IMG/VR virus record: IMGVR_UViG_2926647115_000001
From: a virus
Lineage: Duplodnaviria > Caudoviricetes
DNA length: 64,000 bases
Strand: one strand, 5' to 3'
Shown here: in pieces, positions 37,192 through 46,216 of the stretch
How positions within the stretch are numbered: position 1 is the stretch's first letter
How the letters are laid out: each line of letters starts with the position of its first letter
Position numbers and translations under genes: made by a program
The notes under the pieces: model-generated
What the model was told of the DNA's origin: nothing
Seen by the model: the letters and a program-made list of their open reading frames with translations, nothing else
Database searches by the model: none

Positions 37192-38781
37192 TCATCCGAA
37201 CGGACGCCCGCCGGGTTGCGGACCGAAACCGCCACCGAAGCCGGGCAGCGTGCCGTACGGGTTGACCGCGCTGTACGGGTTGACCAGCTGTGACCCGCCC
37301 ATCGCCGGGTGCGCCACCACTTCCGCCGGCTCGTTGCGAATCGGGAGCAGCTCGTAGGCGAGGTACACGCTGGCGTCGATCCGGCCCGGCGATTCGGTGT
37401 CGCTGGGCCGCCACGAGTACCACTCGGACTCCAGCTCGGGCAGTTTCGCCCCGAGCCGCAACCGGTCCTCCACGAACTGTTGCGCGATCGGTTCGGCCCT
37501 CAACTGCTTGCCCTTGCGGGCCCGGACCGGCTTGACCTTCGGCGCGAGCCGCTGGAATCGCTCGTCGTCGGGCCGCTCACGTTGCAACGCCTCCCACGAC
37601 GACTTGATCACCACCTCGGCCTGGTCGCCGCCGAAGTTGTGCTCGTAGAGGACCACGTCGGCGTCGATGTCCGCCGCGAGCAGCGCTGCCGCCCGGCCCC
37701 ACTCGCGGGACGGGCCGGTGATGCTGGCGTCGTGGGTGATGTAGACCCGGTCGTCGGTGCCGAGGAAACCGCCGATGATGCCGGCCAGGTCCCGGCCGCC
37801 GCCGGACGGGTCGATCGCCACCGCGCTGCGACGCGGCGCGGCCGGGGGCGGCAGGTGCCACCGCTCCCGCAGCTGGTCCGCGGTGACGAGCGCGCCCGTC
37901 ATGGGCTTGGGGTCGCACATGTAGAGCGACACCCAGTCCCGGGCGGTGATCGAACGGCGCCGCCGTTCCCAGAACTCGCGCAGCGCCTCGACGTCGTCGC
38001 TCGGGATCTTCGGGTGCGTCAACGGCTCCCCAGGGGCCCGGCCGAGCTGGTCGTTGACGTCGGCGAACGCCGGGAGCTTCACGACCCGCCAGGTGCCGCC
38101 GTCCTCGACGCGTCCGTCTTGCTGGAGCACGCGGTGGGCGAGGTCGTCCGGGTGCCAGAGGGTCATGATCAGGATGACCGGTGCGCCCGGAGCGAGCCTG
38201 GACAGCATGTCGGCGGAGTACCAGTCCCACACCGCGTCCCGGTAGGCCTTCGACTCGGCCTCGGCTCGGGACTTATGCGGGTCGTCGATTATTAGCAGGT
38301 CGCCTGGAAGTCCGGTAACTCCTGCACCAACGCCGCGGCTGGCGCAACCACCTCCAGCAGTCAGCTGCCAGTCGTTGACCTGCCCGGAGCCCCACTCGAC
38401 GGCGATGTTGTACCGCCACCCCTGCGTCGCGACCAGCTTGCGCACCTGCTTCCCTCGCGCGGTGGCGAGGTTGCTCGAGTACGAGCCGATGATGATCCGC
38501 TCGGACGGCTGCCGGGCGAGCCACCAGAACGGCGTCCACACCGCCGCGAGCGTGGTTTTCCCGGTCTGCGGCGGCACCGCGATCAGGAGGCGGTCCCCGT
38601 CGCCGTTCCCAATCCGCGCGACCTCGCGGGAGATCAGATCGAGGTGCGGTCTCCTGTCGTAGCCGGGCGAGCAGAACTGGGCGAGCGCGGCCGGCTCGGC
38701 GAGCGCGGCCTGCGCCGCGCGCCGGTGCTGCTCGGCCAGTTCCGCCAGCGCCGACGGCGGCAGGTCGGCGACCGCGGTCAC
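37192..38781 (-). CDS. terL: Terminase large subunit
   Basis: Walker A PPQTGKT, Walker B LLIIDDP, nuclease motifs AIDPS, E.NFGG and SPGRIDA. Confidence 0.95.
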   Translation of the reverse strand: MTAVADLPPSALAELAEQHRRAAQAALAEPAALAQFCSPGYDRRPHLDLISREVARIGNGDGDRLLIAVPPQTGKTTLAAVWTPFWWLARQPSERIIIGSYSSNLATARGKQVRKLVATQGWRYNIAVEWGSGQVNDWQLTAGGGCASRGVGAGVTGLPGDLLIIDDPHKSRAEAESKAYRDAVWDWYSADMLSRLAPGAPVILIMTLWHPDDLAHRVLQQDGRVEDGGTWRVVKLPAFADVNDQLGRAPGEPLTHPKIPSDDVEALREFWERRRRSITARDWVSLYMCDPKPMTGALVTADQLRERWHLPPPAAPRRSAVAIDPSGGGRDLAGIIGGFLGTDDRVYITHDASITGPSREWGRAAALLAADIDADVVLYEHNFGGDQAEVVIKSSWEALQRERPDDERFQRLAPKVKPVRARKGKQLRAEPIAQQFVEDRLRLGAKLPELESEWYSWRPSDTESPGRIDASVYLAYELLPIRNEPAEVVAHPAMGGSQLVNPYSAVNPYGTLPGFGGGFGPQPGGRPFG

Positions 38782-39350
38782 GACGCCTTGCCGCCCTCGA
38801 CCACCCGCAGCACCGACCGCGCCATCTCCGCCGCCCGGTCACGCACCTGCTCGGGCGACAGGTCCTTGAACTCCTCCACCTGGATCGGGCCGCGGTCGGC
38901 GCCGGTCAGCTCGATGACCTGGTCCGGCTTGTCCAACGCCATCCGCCGGAACACCTCGACCATGCGCGCCCACCCCGGCATGTCCTTCGGGTCGAGCACG
39001 GTCTTGCGGTCGATGTGTTGCCGCACGCTGTGCGACAGCACCGCGGTGGCGGCGGTGGCGAGCATCATCTGGCGTTCGGCCAGCGAGATCTCCTGCTGCA
39101 TGATCGCGGCGCGCCGCTCGCGGGTGCGGTGCCCGTCCCACTGGGCGACCCGTTCCCGCCACCGGTACTTCTCCGCCGCGTCCGCCACCGTGGAGCGGTC
39201 CAGCCCGTACTTCTCCGCCACCGCGGCGAATGACCGCTTCCCCGGCTCCATCTCCAGGTAGTCGTTGAACCGCGCGAACTGCCGGTCGGACTCGCCGGGC
39301 TGTCGGTCCCACGGATCGCCCTGGTACGGGCCGTTGAGACGCTCCACCAT
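38778..39350 (-). CDS. terS: Terminase small subunit
   Basis: PWDRQPGES...F..Y, HTH, W.ERV..WD and ELTGADRGPI; coupled to terL. Confidence 0.8.
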   Translation of the reverse strand: MVERLNGPYQGDPWDRQPGESDRQFARFNDYLEMEPGKRSFAAVAEKYGLDRSTVADAAEKYRWRERVAQWDGHRTRERRAAIMQQEISLAERQMMLATAATAVLSHSVRQHIDRKTVLDPKDMPGWARMVEVFRRMALDKPDQVIELTGADRGPIQVEEFKDLSPEQVRDRAAEMARSVLRVVEGGKAS

Positions 39351-39378
39351 CCACCCCCCAGTGGTTTCGCGTGCCGCC

Positions 39379-39966
39379 CTATCGGGCGGCGTCGAGGAAT
39401 TCCGCGCGCGCCGCGGGCTCGGTGAGCAGCACCCCCCGCAGCGCCGTCGTGGTCATCTGCGCGCCCGGCTTCCGCACCCCCCGCACGGCCATGCACGAGT
39501 GCGTGGAGGTCACCTTCACCCCGACCCCGACCGGGGACAGGTGGGTGGCGATCGCGTCGGCGATCTGCTCGGTCAGCCGTTCCTGCACCTGTAAGCGGCG
39601 GGCGAAGTGGTCGACCAGCCGCGGCAGCTTCGAGAGCCCAACAACGTCCTGCCCGGCCGGGATGTAGGCGACCCAGGCGCGGCCGGTGAACGGCAACAGG
39701 TGGTGCTCGCACACGGAGTCGAACGGGATCGGCCCCACGGTGATCATCTGCCCCGAGCCGGTGCCCTCGCCGAACACCCGCGCCAGCAGCGCGGCCGGGT
39801 CTCCCGGCCGATCGGTCATGTCGATCAGCGCGTCGATCACCCGCCGGGGCGTGTCCTCGAGCCCGGCCCGGTCCGGGTCGTCCCCGGTGAGCGCGATCAT
39901 GGCGCGCACGCCCTCGGTGGCGATCTTCCGCAGCCGCGCGGTCTCCGCGGCGTCGGTGGCGTTCAT
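39379..39966 (-). CDS. folE: GTP cyclohydrolase I
   Basis: GLEDTPRRV, SVCEHHLLPF, GLSKLPR, RRLQVQERLT and HSCM..RG motifs. Confidence 0.95.
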   Translation of the reverse strand: MNATDAAETARLRKIATEGVRAMIALTGDDPDRAGLEDTPRRVIDALIDMTDRPGDPAALLARVFGEGTGSGQMITVGPIPFDSVCEHHLLPFTGRAWVAYIPAGQDVVGLSKLPRLVDHFARRLQVQERLTEQIADAIATHLSPVGVGVKVTSTHSCMAVRGVRKPGAQMTTTALRGVLLTEPAARAEFLDAAR

Positions 39967-40712
39967 CGGCCCCGTTCCTCTCCCCACAGCAGCGTGTGCA
40001 AACGGCTGGTGGTGTTCCAGCCGCGCGCGATGACGCCGTCGACCAGGGCGCGGTGGGTGGTGAGCACCTGCTCGGGTGTGACGCCTTCCGGCATCACCCA
40101 CACCGCCCCGGCCGGCACCTGGTGCTCGTCCACCACGGCGGCGATCTCGTCCAGGTCCTCCCGGGTCGTGGCCACGAACTTGAAGCACGCCCGGCCGGTG
40201 GCGGCGATCTCCGCGAACCGGGCGAGCGCCTTGGGGCGGATGCGGCGCTTGGCCGTGTCGGCGCCGTTGTTCGCCAGCTTCGGCGACACCGTGAAGTGCG
40301 CGACCAGCTCGACCACCGACCCGGACGGCGGGATGGTCCCGTTGGTCTCGACGTGCACCTCACCGGCCGCGGTCAACCCGGCCAAGAGGGCGTCCATCGC
40401 GGGTTTGCGCTGGTGCATCAACGGTTCCCCGCCGGTGAGCACGAACAGCGGCACACCAAAGCTCGTGGCCTGCTCGACGATCGCGGCGACCTGGGTGTCC
40501 GGGATCTCCTCCGCAAGGTCGAACCGGGACGCGTCCCACGTGAACGCGCTGTCGCACCACCGACAGGCGAGGTTGCACAGACCGAGCCGCACGAACACCG
40601 CCTGCCGCCCGGTCGCCGGCCCTTCACCCTGGATCGTGCGGAAGCACTCGGCGAACGGCAGTTGCATCGACCGCTGCCCCAGCAGCCGCCCGAGGTGCAG
40701 CCCGGCCGTCAC
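39963..40712 (-). CDS. queE: 7-carboxy-7-deazaguanine synthase (radical SAM)
   Basis: TIQGEG, CNLACRWCD, LTGGEP, ETNG and VSPKL motifs. Confidence 0.95.
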   Translation of the reverse strand: MTAGLHLGRLLGQRSMQLPFAECFRTIQGEGPATGRQAVFVRLGLCNLACRWCDSAFTWDASRFDLAEEIPDTQVAAIVEQATSFGVPLFVLTGGEPLMHQRKPAMDALLAGLTAAGEVHVETNGTIPPSGSVVELVAHFTVSPKLANNGADTAKRRIRPKALARFAEIAATGRACFKFVATTREDLDEIAAVVDEHQVPAGAVWVMPEGVTPEQVLTTHRALVDGVIARGWNTTSRLHTLLWGEERGR

Positions 40713-41149
40713 GGGGCCACCTCGGCGCGGTTGTTCTCGGTCTCCTGCACCACGACACGCGCCACCCGCAGCGGCGTGGTGTAGCCGCCGACGATCTCCG
40801 CCGCCACCCGGGACAGCAGCTCGGCGACCGCCTCCACCGTGGGCCACGACAGGTCGCGCGCCAGGCGGTGCTCGCCGAACCGGAACACCTTCAACCCGCC
40901 ATCGACGAGCCGGGCCGCCCACTCGTCTTCGGCGCCGAGCAGCATGCCGTGGTCGAGGTTCTGGTCAACCCACCGTTGCAGCGCGGCTTTCAGCTCCCCG
41001 AAGTCGACCACCACGTCCTGGTCGTTCATCGTCCCGGCGACGGTGATCCACCCCTGCCACGAGTGGCCGTGCAGGTTGTGGCACTTCCCGGGCAGCTGCG
41101 GGAGCCGGTGACCGGCCTCGAACCTGACCCGGATGGACACGTTCGTCAC
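40709..41149 (-). CDS. queD: 6-carboxytetrahydropterin synthase
   Basis: FEAGHRL, C.NLHGHS, VDFGELK, LDH, PTVE and ET motifs. Confidence 0.93.
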   Translation of the reverse strand: MTNVSIRVRFEAGHRLPQLPGKCHNLHGHSWQGWITVAGTMNDQDVVVDFGELKAALQRWVDQNLDHGMLLGAEDEWAARLVDGGLKVFRFGEHRLARDLSWPTVEAVAELLSRVAAEIVGGYTTPLRVARVVVQETENNRAEVAP

Positions 41150-41817
41150 GCGGCCACCTCGTACACGGTCGGGTCCGCCACCCCGGAGTCGGCGAACGCT
41201 TCGCGCCGCTCCACGCAGGTGCCGCACTGTCCGCAGTGGACCTCGCGGCCCTCGTAGCAGGACCACGTCAGGCCCACCGGCACGGCGAGGTCCCCAGCGC
41301 GGGCGGCGATCGCGGTCTTGGAGATGTGCACGAACGGCGCGTCGAGGGTGACGGCACCGTCGGTGCCCAGCTCGATGGTGCGGCGTGCGGCGTCGACGAA
41401 CTCGGGCCGGCAGTCCGGGTAGATGGGGTGGTCCCCGGCGTGCATCGCCGCCACGACGTGGGTGCAGCCGGTGGACAGCGCGACACCGGCGGCCGCCATG
41501 AGAAGGGTGGCGTTGCGGTTCGGCACGACCGTGGCGGCCATCGACGGCGCCGCGTAGTGCCCGTGCGGTACCGCCACGTCGGTGTCGGTGAGCGCGGACC
41601 CGGACAGGTGGGTGCCCCAGGAGGTCAGGTCCAGGACGCGGTGCTCGACACCGTAGTGCGCAGCGACCTCCGCGGCGGAGCGCAGCTCGCGGGCGTGCCG
41701 CTGCCCGTAGTTCACCGACAGCGCCACCCGGGCGGTGCCTTCGGCGTGCCGCAACCCGAGCGCGGTGGCGGAGTCCAGCCCGCCGGAGAGCAGGACAAGG
41801 TCGCGACGTTCGGTCAT
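41146..41817 (-). CDS. queC: 7-cyano-7-deazaguanine (preQ0) synthase
   Basis: LSGGLDS, YGQRH, VPNRN, YPDCRPEF and TWSCY...HCGQCGTC motifs. Confidence 0.96.
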   Translation of the reverse strand: MTERRDLVLLSGGLDSATALGLRHAEGTARVALSVNYGQRHARELRSAAEVAAHYGVEHRVLDLTSWGTHLSGSALTDTDVAVPHGHYAAPSMAATVVPNRNATLLMAAAGVALSTGCTHVVAAMHAGDHPIYPDCRPEFVDAARRTIELGTDGAVTLDAPFVHISKTAIAARAGDLAVPVGLTWSCYEGREVHCGQCGTCVERREAFADSGVADPTVYEVAA

Positions 41818-42719
41818 CGGGTGGTCTCCTTCGCTAGAACGGTGTCGCGGATGAGGGTGATGTCGGCGAGGTTCCCGGCGGCGAGGTAAACCTTGAGGCC
41901 GTCGCCGGTGGTGCTTCCCGACCGCGGGGCCGGCACGGTGCCGCGCCAGCCGCGGACGTGCGCCTCGTACCGGCGGAACGACTCGATCGTGGCGCGGTTC
42001 AGCCATTCGCGGTCCCTGCTGCCGCGCGGGCCGACCTCGCGCACGAGCGCGAACCCGGGTGTGGACACGTGCGTCGGGTTGCCGCCGTAGGCGCGGATGA
42101 GGTTGGCGTGCTGGGCCGCGCGTCGGTCACCGACGCGGAAGGTCTGGAAATGCCTGCCGTTCCACAGTGTCAAGGTGCCGGTGCGGGAAGCCGAGTTCCA
42201 GTAGGACGAGTCCACCGAGTACCACGGCAGGATGTGCGGGTACGGCGGCCGGGTCAGCCCGAACCCGTGCAGCCGGGTGTTGTAGTCGCGGGCGATCTGG
42301 TGGGCCTTGATCAGCCACCGCATCATCGCCATCTCCCGTTTCGCGAGGTGCACGGCGCCGCCGAGCGCCACATACGGGTGCTCCGCGCACAGCCGGTGCA
42401 GCTCAGGCCACGGGCTCCCGACGTGGAACGCGGGCATGATCGTGACCCGGCCGCCAGTGCGGGCCAGCAGCCGCTCGGTGTTGCGGGCCGTCGCCACCGG
42501 GTCGCCGATAACGTCGAGCGTGGCCGCGCAGTTGATCACCGCGGCGTGCTGGGTGAGCCAGTCGCCGTACTCGTCGATGTCCACCGATCCGCCTGTGGTG
42601 AAAGCGCTGAACGCGCCGCTGTCGGCGAAGAAGTCGACCCCGGGTCGCTTCTTCAGCTCCGCGGTGAGGTCGAGCTTGCGCAGGTAGAAGTACGACCCGA
42701 GGACGTGAACCGCGGTCAC
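41814..42719 (-). CDS. dpdA: DpdA-like (TGT-fold) deazaguanine DNA transglycosylase
   Basis: FFADSGAFS, LDVIGD, P.FH, YVALGG, LHGFG and SVDSS TGT-fold motifs; coupled to queC. Confidence 0.8.
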   Translation of the reverse strand: MTAVHVLGSYFYLRKLDLTAELKKRPGVDFFADSGAFSAFTTGGSVDIDEYGDWLTQHAAVINCAATLDVIGDPVATARNTERLLARTGGRVTIMPAFHVGSPWPELHRLCAEHPYVALGGAVHLAKREMAMMRWLIKAHQIARDYNTRLHGFGLTRPPYPHILPWYSVDSSYWNSASRTGTLTLWNGRHFQTFRVGDRRAAQHANLIRAYGGNPTHVSTPGFALVREVGPRGSRDREWLNRATIESFRRYEAHVRGWRGTVPAPRSGSTTGDGLKVYLAAGNLADITLIRDTVLAKETTR

Positions 42720-43330
42720 AGCTCGGCCCGGTCGATGCCGAGCGCGGCGGCGAACGCCGCCACCTCGTCCCCAGTGTGCGTGTCGACGTGCGCCTTCCAC
42801 GCCGCCATCAGCATCGGCGGGATCGACAGCCGCAGCACCGGCCACAGCTCCGGGTCCGCCCCGTCGTCGTCGCTGGACCCGTACTCCTCCGCCAGCGAGT
42901 CCAGATCCGCGGGCTCGCCGAGCTGCTTGGACAGTTGCTCGAGGTCGGACTCGTCGTAGCCGGTGCCAGCCAGGTCCGGCAGCTCGGCCAACAGTTCGGC
43001 CAGCAGCCGATCGTCGTACCCGCTGCCCACCTCCGCGGTGCGGTTGTCCGCAAGCACGATGCGGCGGGCGCGTTCGTCATCGCAGGTGATCACGTCGCAC
43101 CGGATCGTCAGCCACCCCTCCTCGCGGGCCGCCAGGTAGGTGTGGTTCCCGGCCAGCACAGTGCCGCCGGCGCGCGGGTTGTCCGGGTCGTCGGCGCGGA
43201 CCACGATCGACCGGTACTGCTTGTTCTCCCGCAGCGACTCGCGGATGACCGCGAGGTTGCCCTGTCGCGGGTTGCCCGGGAACGGGCTGAGTGTGTCGAT
43301 CGGCAGCTCGAACGTGCCCAAGTAGTCCAA
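42716..43330 (-). CDS. ParB/Srx N-terminal-domain protein
   Basis: L.P.PGNPR, I..SL, VLAGNHT..AA and LADNRT motifs; GTGA overlap with dpdA. Confidence 0.85.
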   Translation of the reverse strand: MDYLGTFELPIDTLSPFPGNPRQGNLAVIRESLRENKQYRSIVVRADDPDNPRAGGTVLAGNHTYLAAREEGWLTIRCDVITCDDERARRIVLADNRTAEVGSGYDDRLLAELLAELPDLAGTGYDESDLEQLSKQLGEPADLDSLAEEYGSSDDDGADPELWPVLRLSIPPMLMAAWKAHVDTHTGDEVAAFAAALGIDRAEL

Positions 43331-43589
43331 CGGATCCCCCCAGATACCCCCGGTCTTGCTGGTCGCGATTCTGCCACAGCTGTTGCGCAACTGTTTCGAT
43401 GACGCGCGGCGCGGGTACCCGCGGGAAAGAGGCGGCGGGGGCGTCCTGCGACCCCCCTCGATCCGCAGGACACCCCCGACAGTGGGGACCCGGAAAGCCG
43501 GGACAAGCAGCCGAAACGGTGCGTCACACGCGACTGTCGGGACCCCGTCTCCCCCCTCGTGGCGACATCCTAACCCCGTGATCGCTCCG

Positions 43590-43620
43590 GACCGCAACAC
43601 CTGGCGTTAGTGTTGCGGTC
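43590..43620. promoter_or_regulatory. Inverted-repeat operator upstream of the IHF-like gene
   Basis: GACCGCAACAC-N9-GTGTTGCGGTC, perfect 11-bp arms. Confidence 0.6.
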
Positions 43621-43656
43621 GCGCCGGTGAGGAGTCCGTTCTGAGGGGGTAGCTCG

Positions 43657-44010
43657 ATGCCGTCCACGCCTGTCCCGCAACGCAGCCCGGAGCAACGCCG
43701 TAGGGCTATCGAGGCCGCGTTGGCGTGCCGGCGTGAACGGGCCCGGCTGCGTCGCGCACTGCACACCGGGGAGATCACGCTCGCGGACTGGTTCACGCTG
43801 GCCGACCGCGACCCGGACGGTGTGGCGGCCAGGACACGACCGATCGACCTGGTACGGGCATGGCCCGGGCATCGGCGCACCGAGCGCGCCCAGGCGGTGC
43901 TGGACGCCCTCGGCATCGCGAAGGCCCGCCGCGTGCGCGGGCTCGGGAAACGACAGCGCGCCGCCCTCATCCGAGAGATGGACACCCGGATGGGACGGCG
44001 CGATGCCTAA
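43657..44010 (+). CDS. mihF: Actinobacterial integration host factor homologue (mIHF/sIHF)
   Basis: PEQRRRAIEAA...RRERARL...L.TG, P......RA..V...LGIA..RRVRGLG.RQR.AL; matches the mIHF pattern as I remember it. Confidence 0.85.
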   Translation: MPSTPVPQRSPEQRRRAIEAALACRRERARLRRALHTGEITLADWFTLADRDPDGVAARTRPIDLVRAWPGHRRTERAQAVLDALGIAKARRVRGLGKRQRAALIREMDTRMGRRDA

Positions 44011-44168
44011 GAGGTCCCAATCAGGGCAGGCGAAACCCGCAGAACGGGTAGCGTCGAGCACGTCGACGCCTCCATCCTCGGAAGACCTCGCCGTCTATCC
44101 CGGGACCGACGGAGCTTAACCCACCGCAGGATGTTGGCGTCGCTTTCGGGGCTCGCGGCTGGTAGGGC

Positions 44169-45020
44169 TCAGGGCTGGATGCCGACGAGCGGGGCAGTTG
44201 TCTGCCAGAAGCGGTCGATGAGCGCTTCGTCGTGGACTTGCTTGTTGGTCTGCCGCGGTTTGGCGGGCTTCTGCTGGGAGTAGAAGCGGCCGGGTTCCCA
44301 GTCGATCCCAGGGGTGCCGGTGAGGAAGTGGGCGAGGTTCGATCCGCCCTTCTCGGGTGAGATCAACGCGACTCGTGACAAGGGGGTCCGGTACATCAGC
44401 CGGGTCATGATGTTGTTGTTCTCTGCGCCGAAGGCGGTCCGTACGTTGCCTGGATCGAACGCGACGGCGTTGATTCCGGCATCGTGGTAGCGGGCGTGAA
44501 GGCCCTGGGCGAACAGGATGTTCGCTAGCTTCGCATCGCCGTAGGCCCGCATCGGCGTGTAGCTCTTCTCGTGGTTCAGATCATCGACCTCGACCCGGCC
44601 GATGAGCCGGGCTGAGGCGCTCGAGGTGTTGATTACAACACCGTCCCCGGCCTGCAACCGGTCCAGGAGTAGGTGTGTGAGGAGAAACGGCGCGAGCAGG
44701 TTGACCTGGAACGTCTTCTCGTTGCCGTCGACGGTCACGGTGCGTTCGCCGAAAATGGCGCCGGCGTTGTTCGCGAGGGCGTCGACGCGGTCGAACGACT
44801 CCCGGATCTGCGATGCCAGACGTCGCACATCGTCAAGTCGGGTGTAGTCCGCGACGAAGTGTGCAGCGGCTCCGACCTCGCGGGCGGTGGCCGCCGTCTT
44901 CTCGACCGACCGACCCACGATCACCAACCGGCTTGCGGGCTGTGCCTGTGCGACCTGTCGCGCTGCCTCGGCACCGATCCCATCAGATCCGCCGGTGATG
45001 ACAACTACTCGTCCAGCCAT
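44169..45020 (-). CDS. Short-chain dehydrogenase/reductase
   Basis: TGGSDGIG, NNAG, YGDAK (YxxxK) and PG.V.T motifs. Confidence 0.92.
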   Translation of the reverse strand: MAGRVVVITGGSDGIGAEAARQVAQAQPASRLVIVGRSVEKTAATAREVGAAAHFVADYTRLDDVRRLASQIRESFDRVDALANNAGAIFGERTVTVDGNEKTFQVNLLAPFLLTHLLLDRLQAGDGVVINTSSASARLIGRVEVDDLNHEKSYTPMRAYGDAKLANILFAQGLHARYHDAGINAVAFDPGNVRTAFGAENNNIMTRLMYRTPLSRVALISPEKGGSNLAHFLTGTPGIDWEPGRFYSQQKPAKPRQTNKQVHDEALIDRFWQTTAPLVGIQP

Positions 45021-45053
45021 ATTCTCGCCTCTCTGTGACATCTATGCGTCGAG

Positions 45054-45073
45054 ACTGACACTACAGTGCCAGT
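45054..45073. promoter_or_regulatory. TetR operator between divergent SDR and TetR genes
   Basis: ACTGACACT-AC-AGTGCCAGT dyad with one mismatch. Confidence 0.6.
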
Positions 45074-45100
45074 GGTGTCTCAGGATGCTAGCCTGACGTC

Positions 45101-45712
45101 ATGGGTGCTGACCTGACGCTTCGACAGAGGACGCGGCGTGCGGTGCGCGCGGAGATCGTCGACGCTGCGATGAGCTTGTTCCTCAGCCAGGGTTTCGAGG
45201 CAACCACGATTGAGGAGATCGCCCGCGCTGCCGGGATCTCTCGGCGCAGCTACTTCCGTTACTTCGCAAACAAGGACGAGGCCCTCGCGGAGGCACTCGC
45301 TTCCATCGGCCAGACGATCGCTCAGGCACTCACCGAACGCCCCAAGGAAGAGGCACCATGGGATGCACTCCGGTTTGCCTTCGACCCTCTCGTCGAGCAG
45401 GCTAGCGCCCAGCCCAACGCTGAAGCCCTGGCCAAGCTCATGCTCGAACGCCCGTGCCTCCAGCAGGGCAAGAACACTGCTTGGCTGGCCGAAATCACCG
45501 CCGTGCTCGCACAGCGCCTCCCCGCCGATGAGGGCTCGCTTCGTGCGCGCGCTCTTGCTGCCGCAGCGATCACGTGCCTCCACACGGCACAGGAACAGTG
45601 GCTCGAACCAGGCGACAGCCGAGACCTCGGAGCGCTGCTCACCATCACCATGAGCGCCGTCCACCCATTCGCGGCAACCATCATCTCCACTCCCGCGATG
45701 ACCGACAGCTAA
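45101..45712 (+). CDS. TetR-family regulator
   Basis: LF..QGFEATTIEEIARAAGISRRSYFRYF.NK. Confidence 0.93.
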   Translation: MGADLTLRQRTRRAVRAEIVDAAMSLFLSQGFEATTIEEIARAAGISRRSYFRYFANKDEALAEALASIGQTIAQALTERPKEEAPWDALRFAFDPLVEQASAQPNAEALAKLMLERPCLQQGKNTAWLAEITAVLAQRLPADEGSLRARALAAAAITCLHTAQEQWLEPGDSRDLGALLTITMSAVHPFAATIISTPAMTDS

Positions 45713-45827
45713 CTCACGCCGCGTGCGGGGCGGAAGAATCAACTCCCTACAGATGCCATCGCTACACCCTCGATTGGGATGAGCCGCCAAAGCACTCGAC
45801 CGCGTCGTTGAACATGGTGGATCCGTC

Positions 45828-46076
45828 CTAACGGGCGGGGTTCTCGTCGTTGGGGATGATCATGGTGGCGTCGGGGTCGCCCTGTTCCCACGCCTTCGTC
45901 GCCGCCCACCGCCGTTGCGCCTGGCTCGGCCGATACAGCACGATGGGCCGGGGCTGGTTCACCCGGGCCGCCCGCACCCACAACGCCATCAGCGCGGCGA
46001 CGAGCACGAGCACGAGCATCCCCGCCGCTGCGGCGAGACCAACCCACAGGAAGCTCACTCCGGGTTCACCAGGCAT
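45828..46076 (-). CDS. Small membrane protein
   Basis: Single long hydrophobic segment. Confidence 0.55.
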   Translation of the reverse strand: MPGEPGVSFLWVGLAAAAGMLVLVLVAALMALWVRAARVNQPRPIVLYRPSQAQRRWAATKAWEQGDPDATMIIPNDENPAR

Positions 46077-46216
46077 CGCACCCCCTCACACCTCGGACAG
46101 CGCAGCCCGGCGATGTAGACCCCGCACCCGGTGCACGAGTAGGTGCCCGCCTTCGGGTAGGTCCACACCGCCGGGAGCCGCGGCGGCCGCGGCTCCCGGC
46201 GGTCTGGTTCGGTCAC
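46055..46216 (-). CDS. Small zinc-ribbon protein
   Basis: CTGC...CPRC; GTGA overlap with the upstream gene. Confidence 0.45.
   Translation of the reverse strand: MTEPDRREPRPPRLPAVWTYPKAGTYSCTGCGVYIAGLRCPRCEGVRCLVNPE

Noticed and set aside
37192-38781. Intein or intron in terL
   Set aside because: Normal length (529 aa); no splicing or LAGLIDADG motifs seen
39379-42719. Host tRNA queuosine biosynthesis operon
   Set aside because: No queF, queA or queG; the TGT-fold gene looks DpdA-like and sits in the packaging operon
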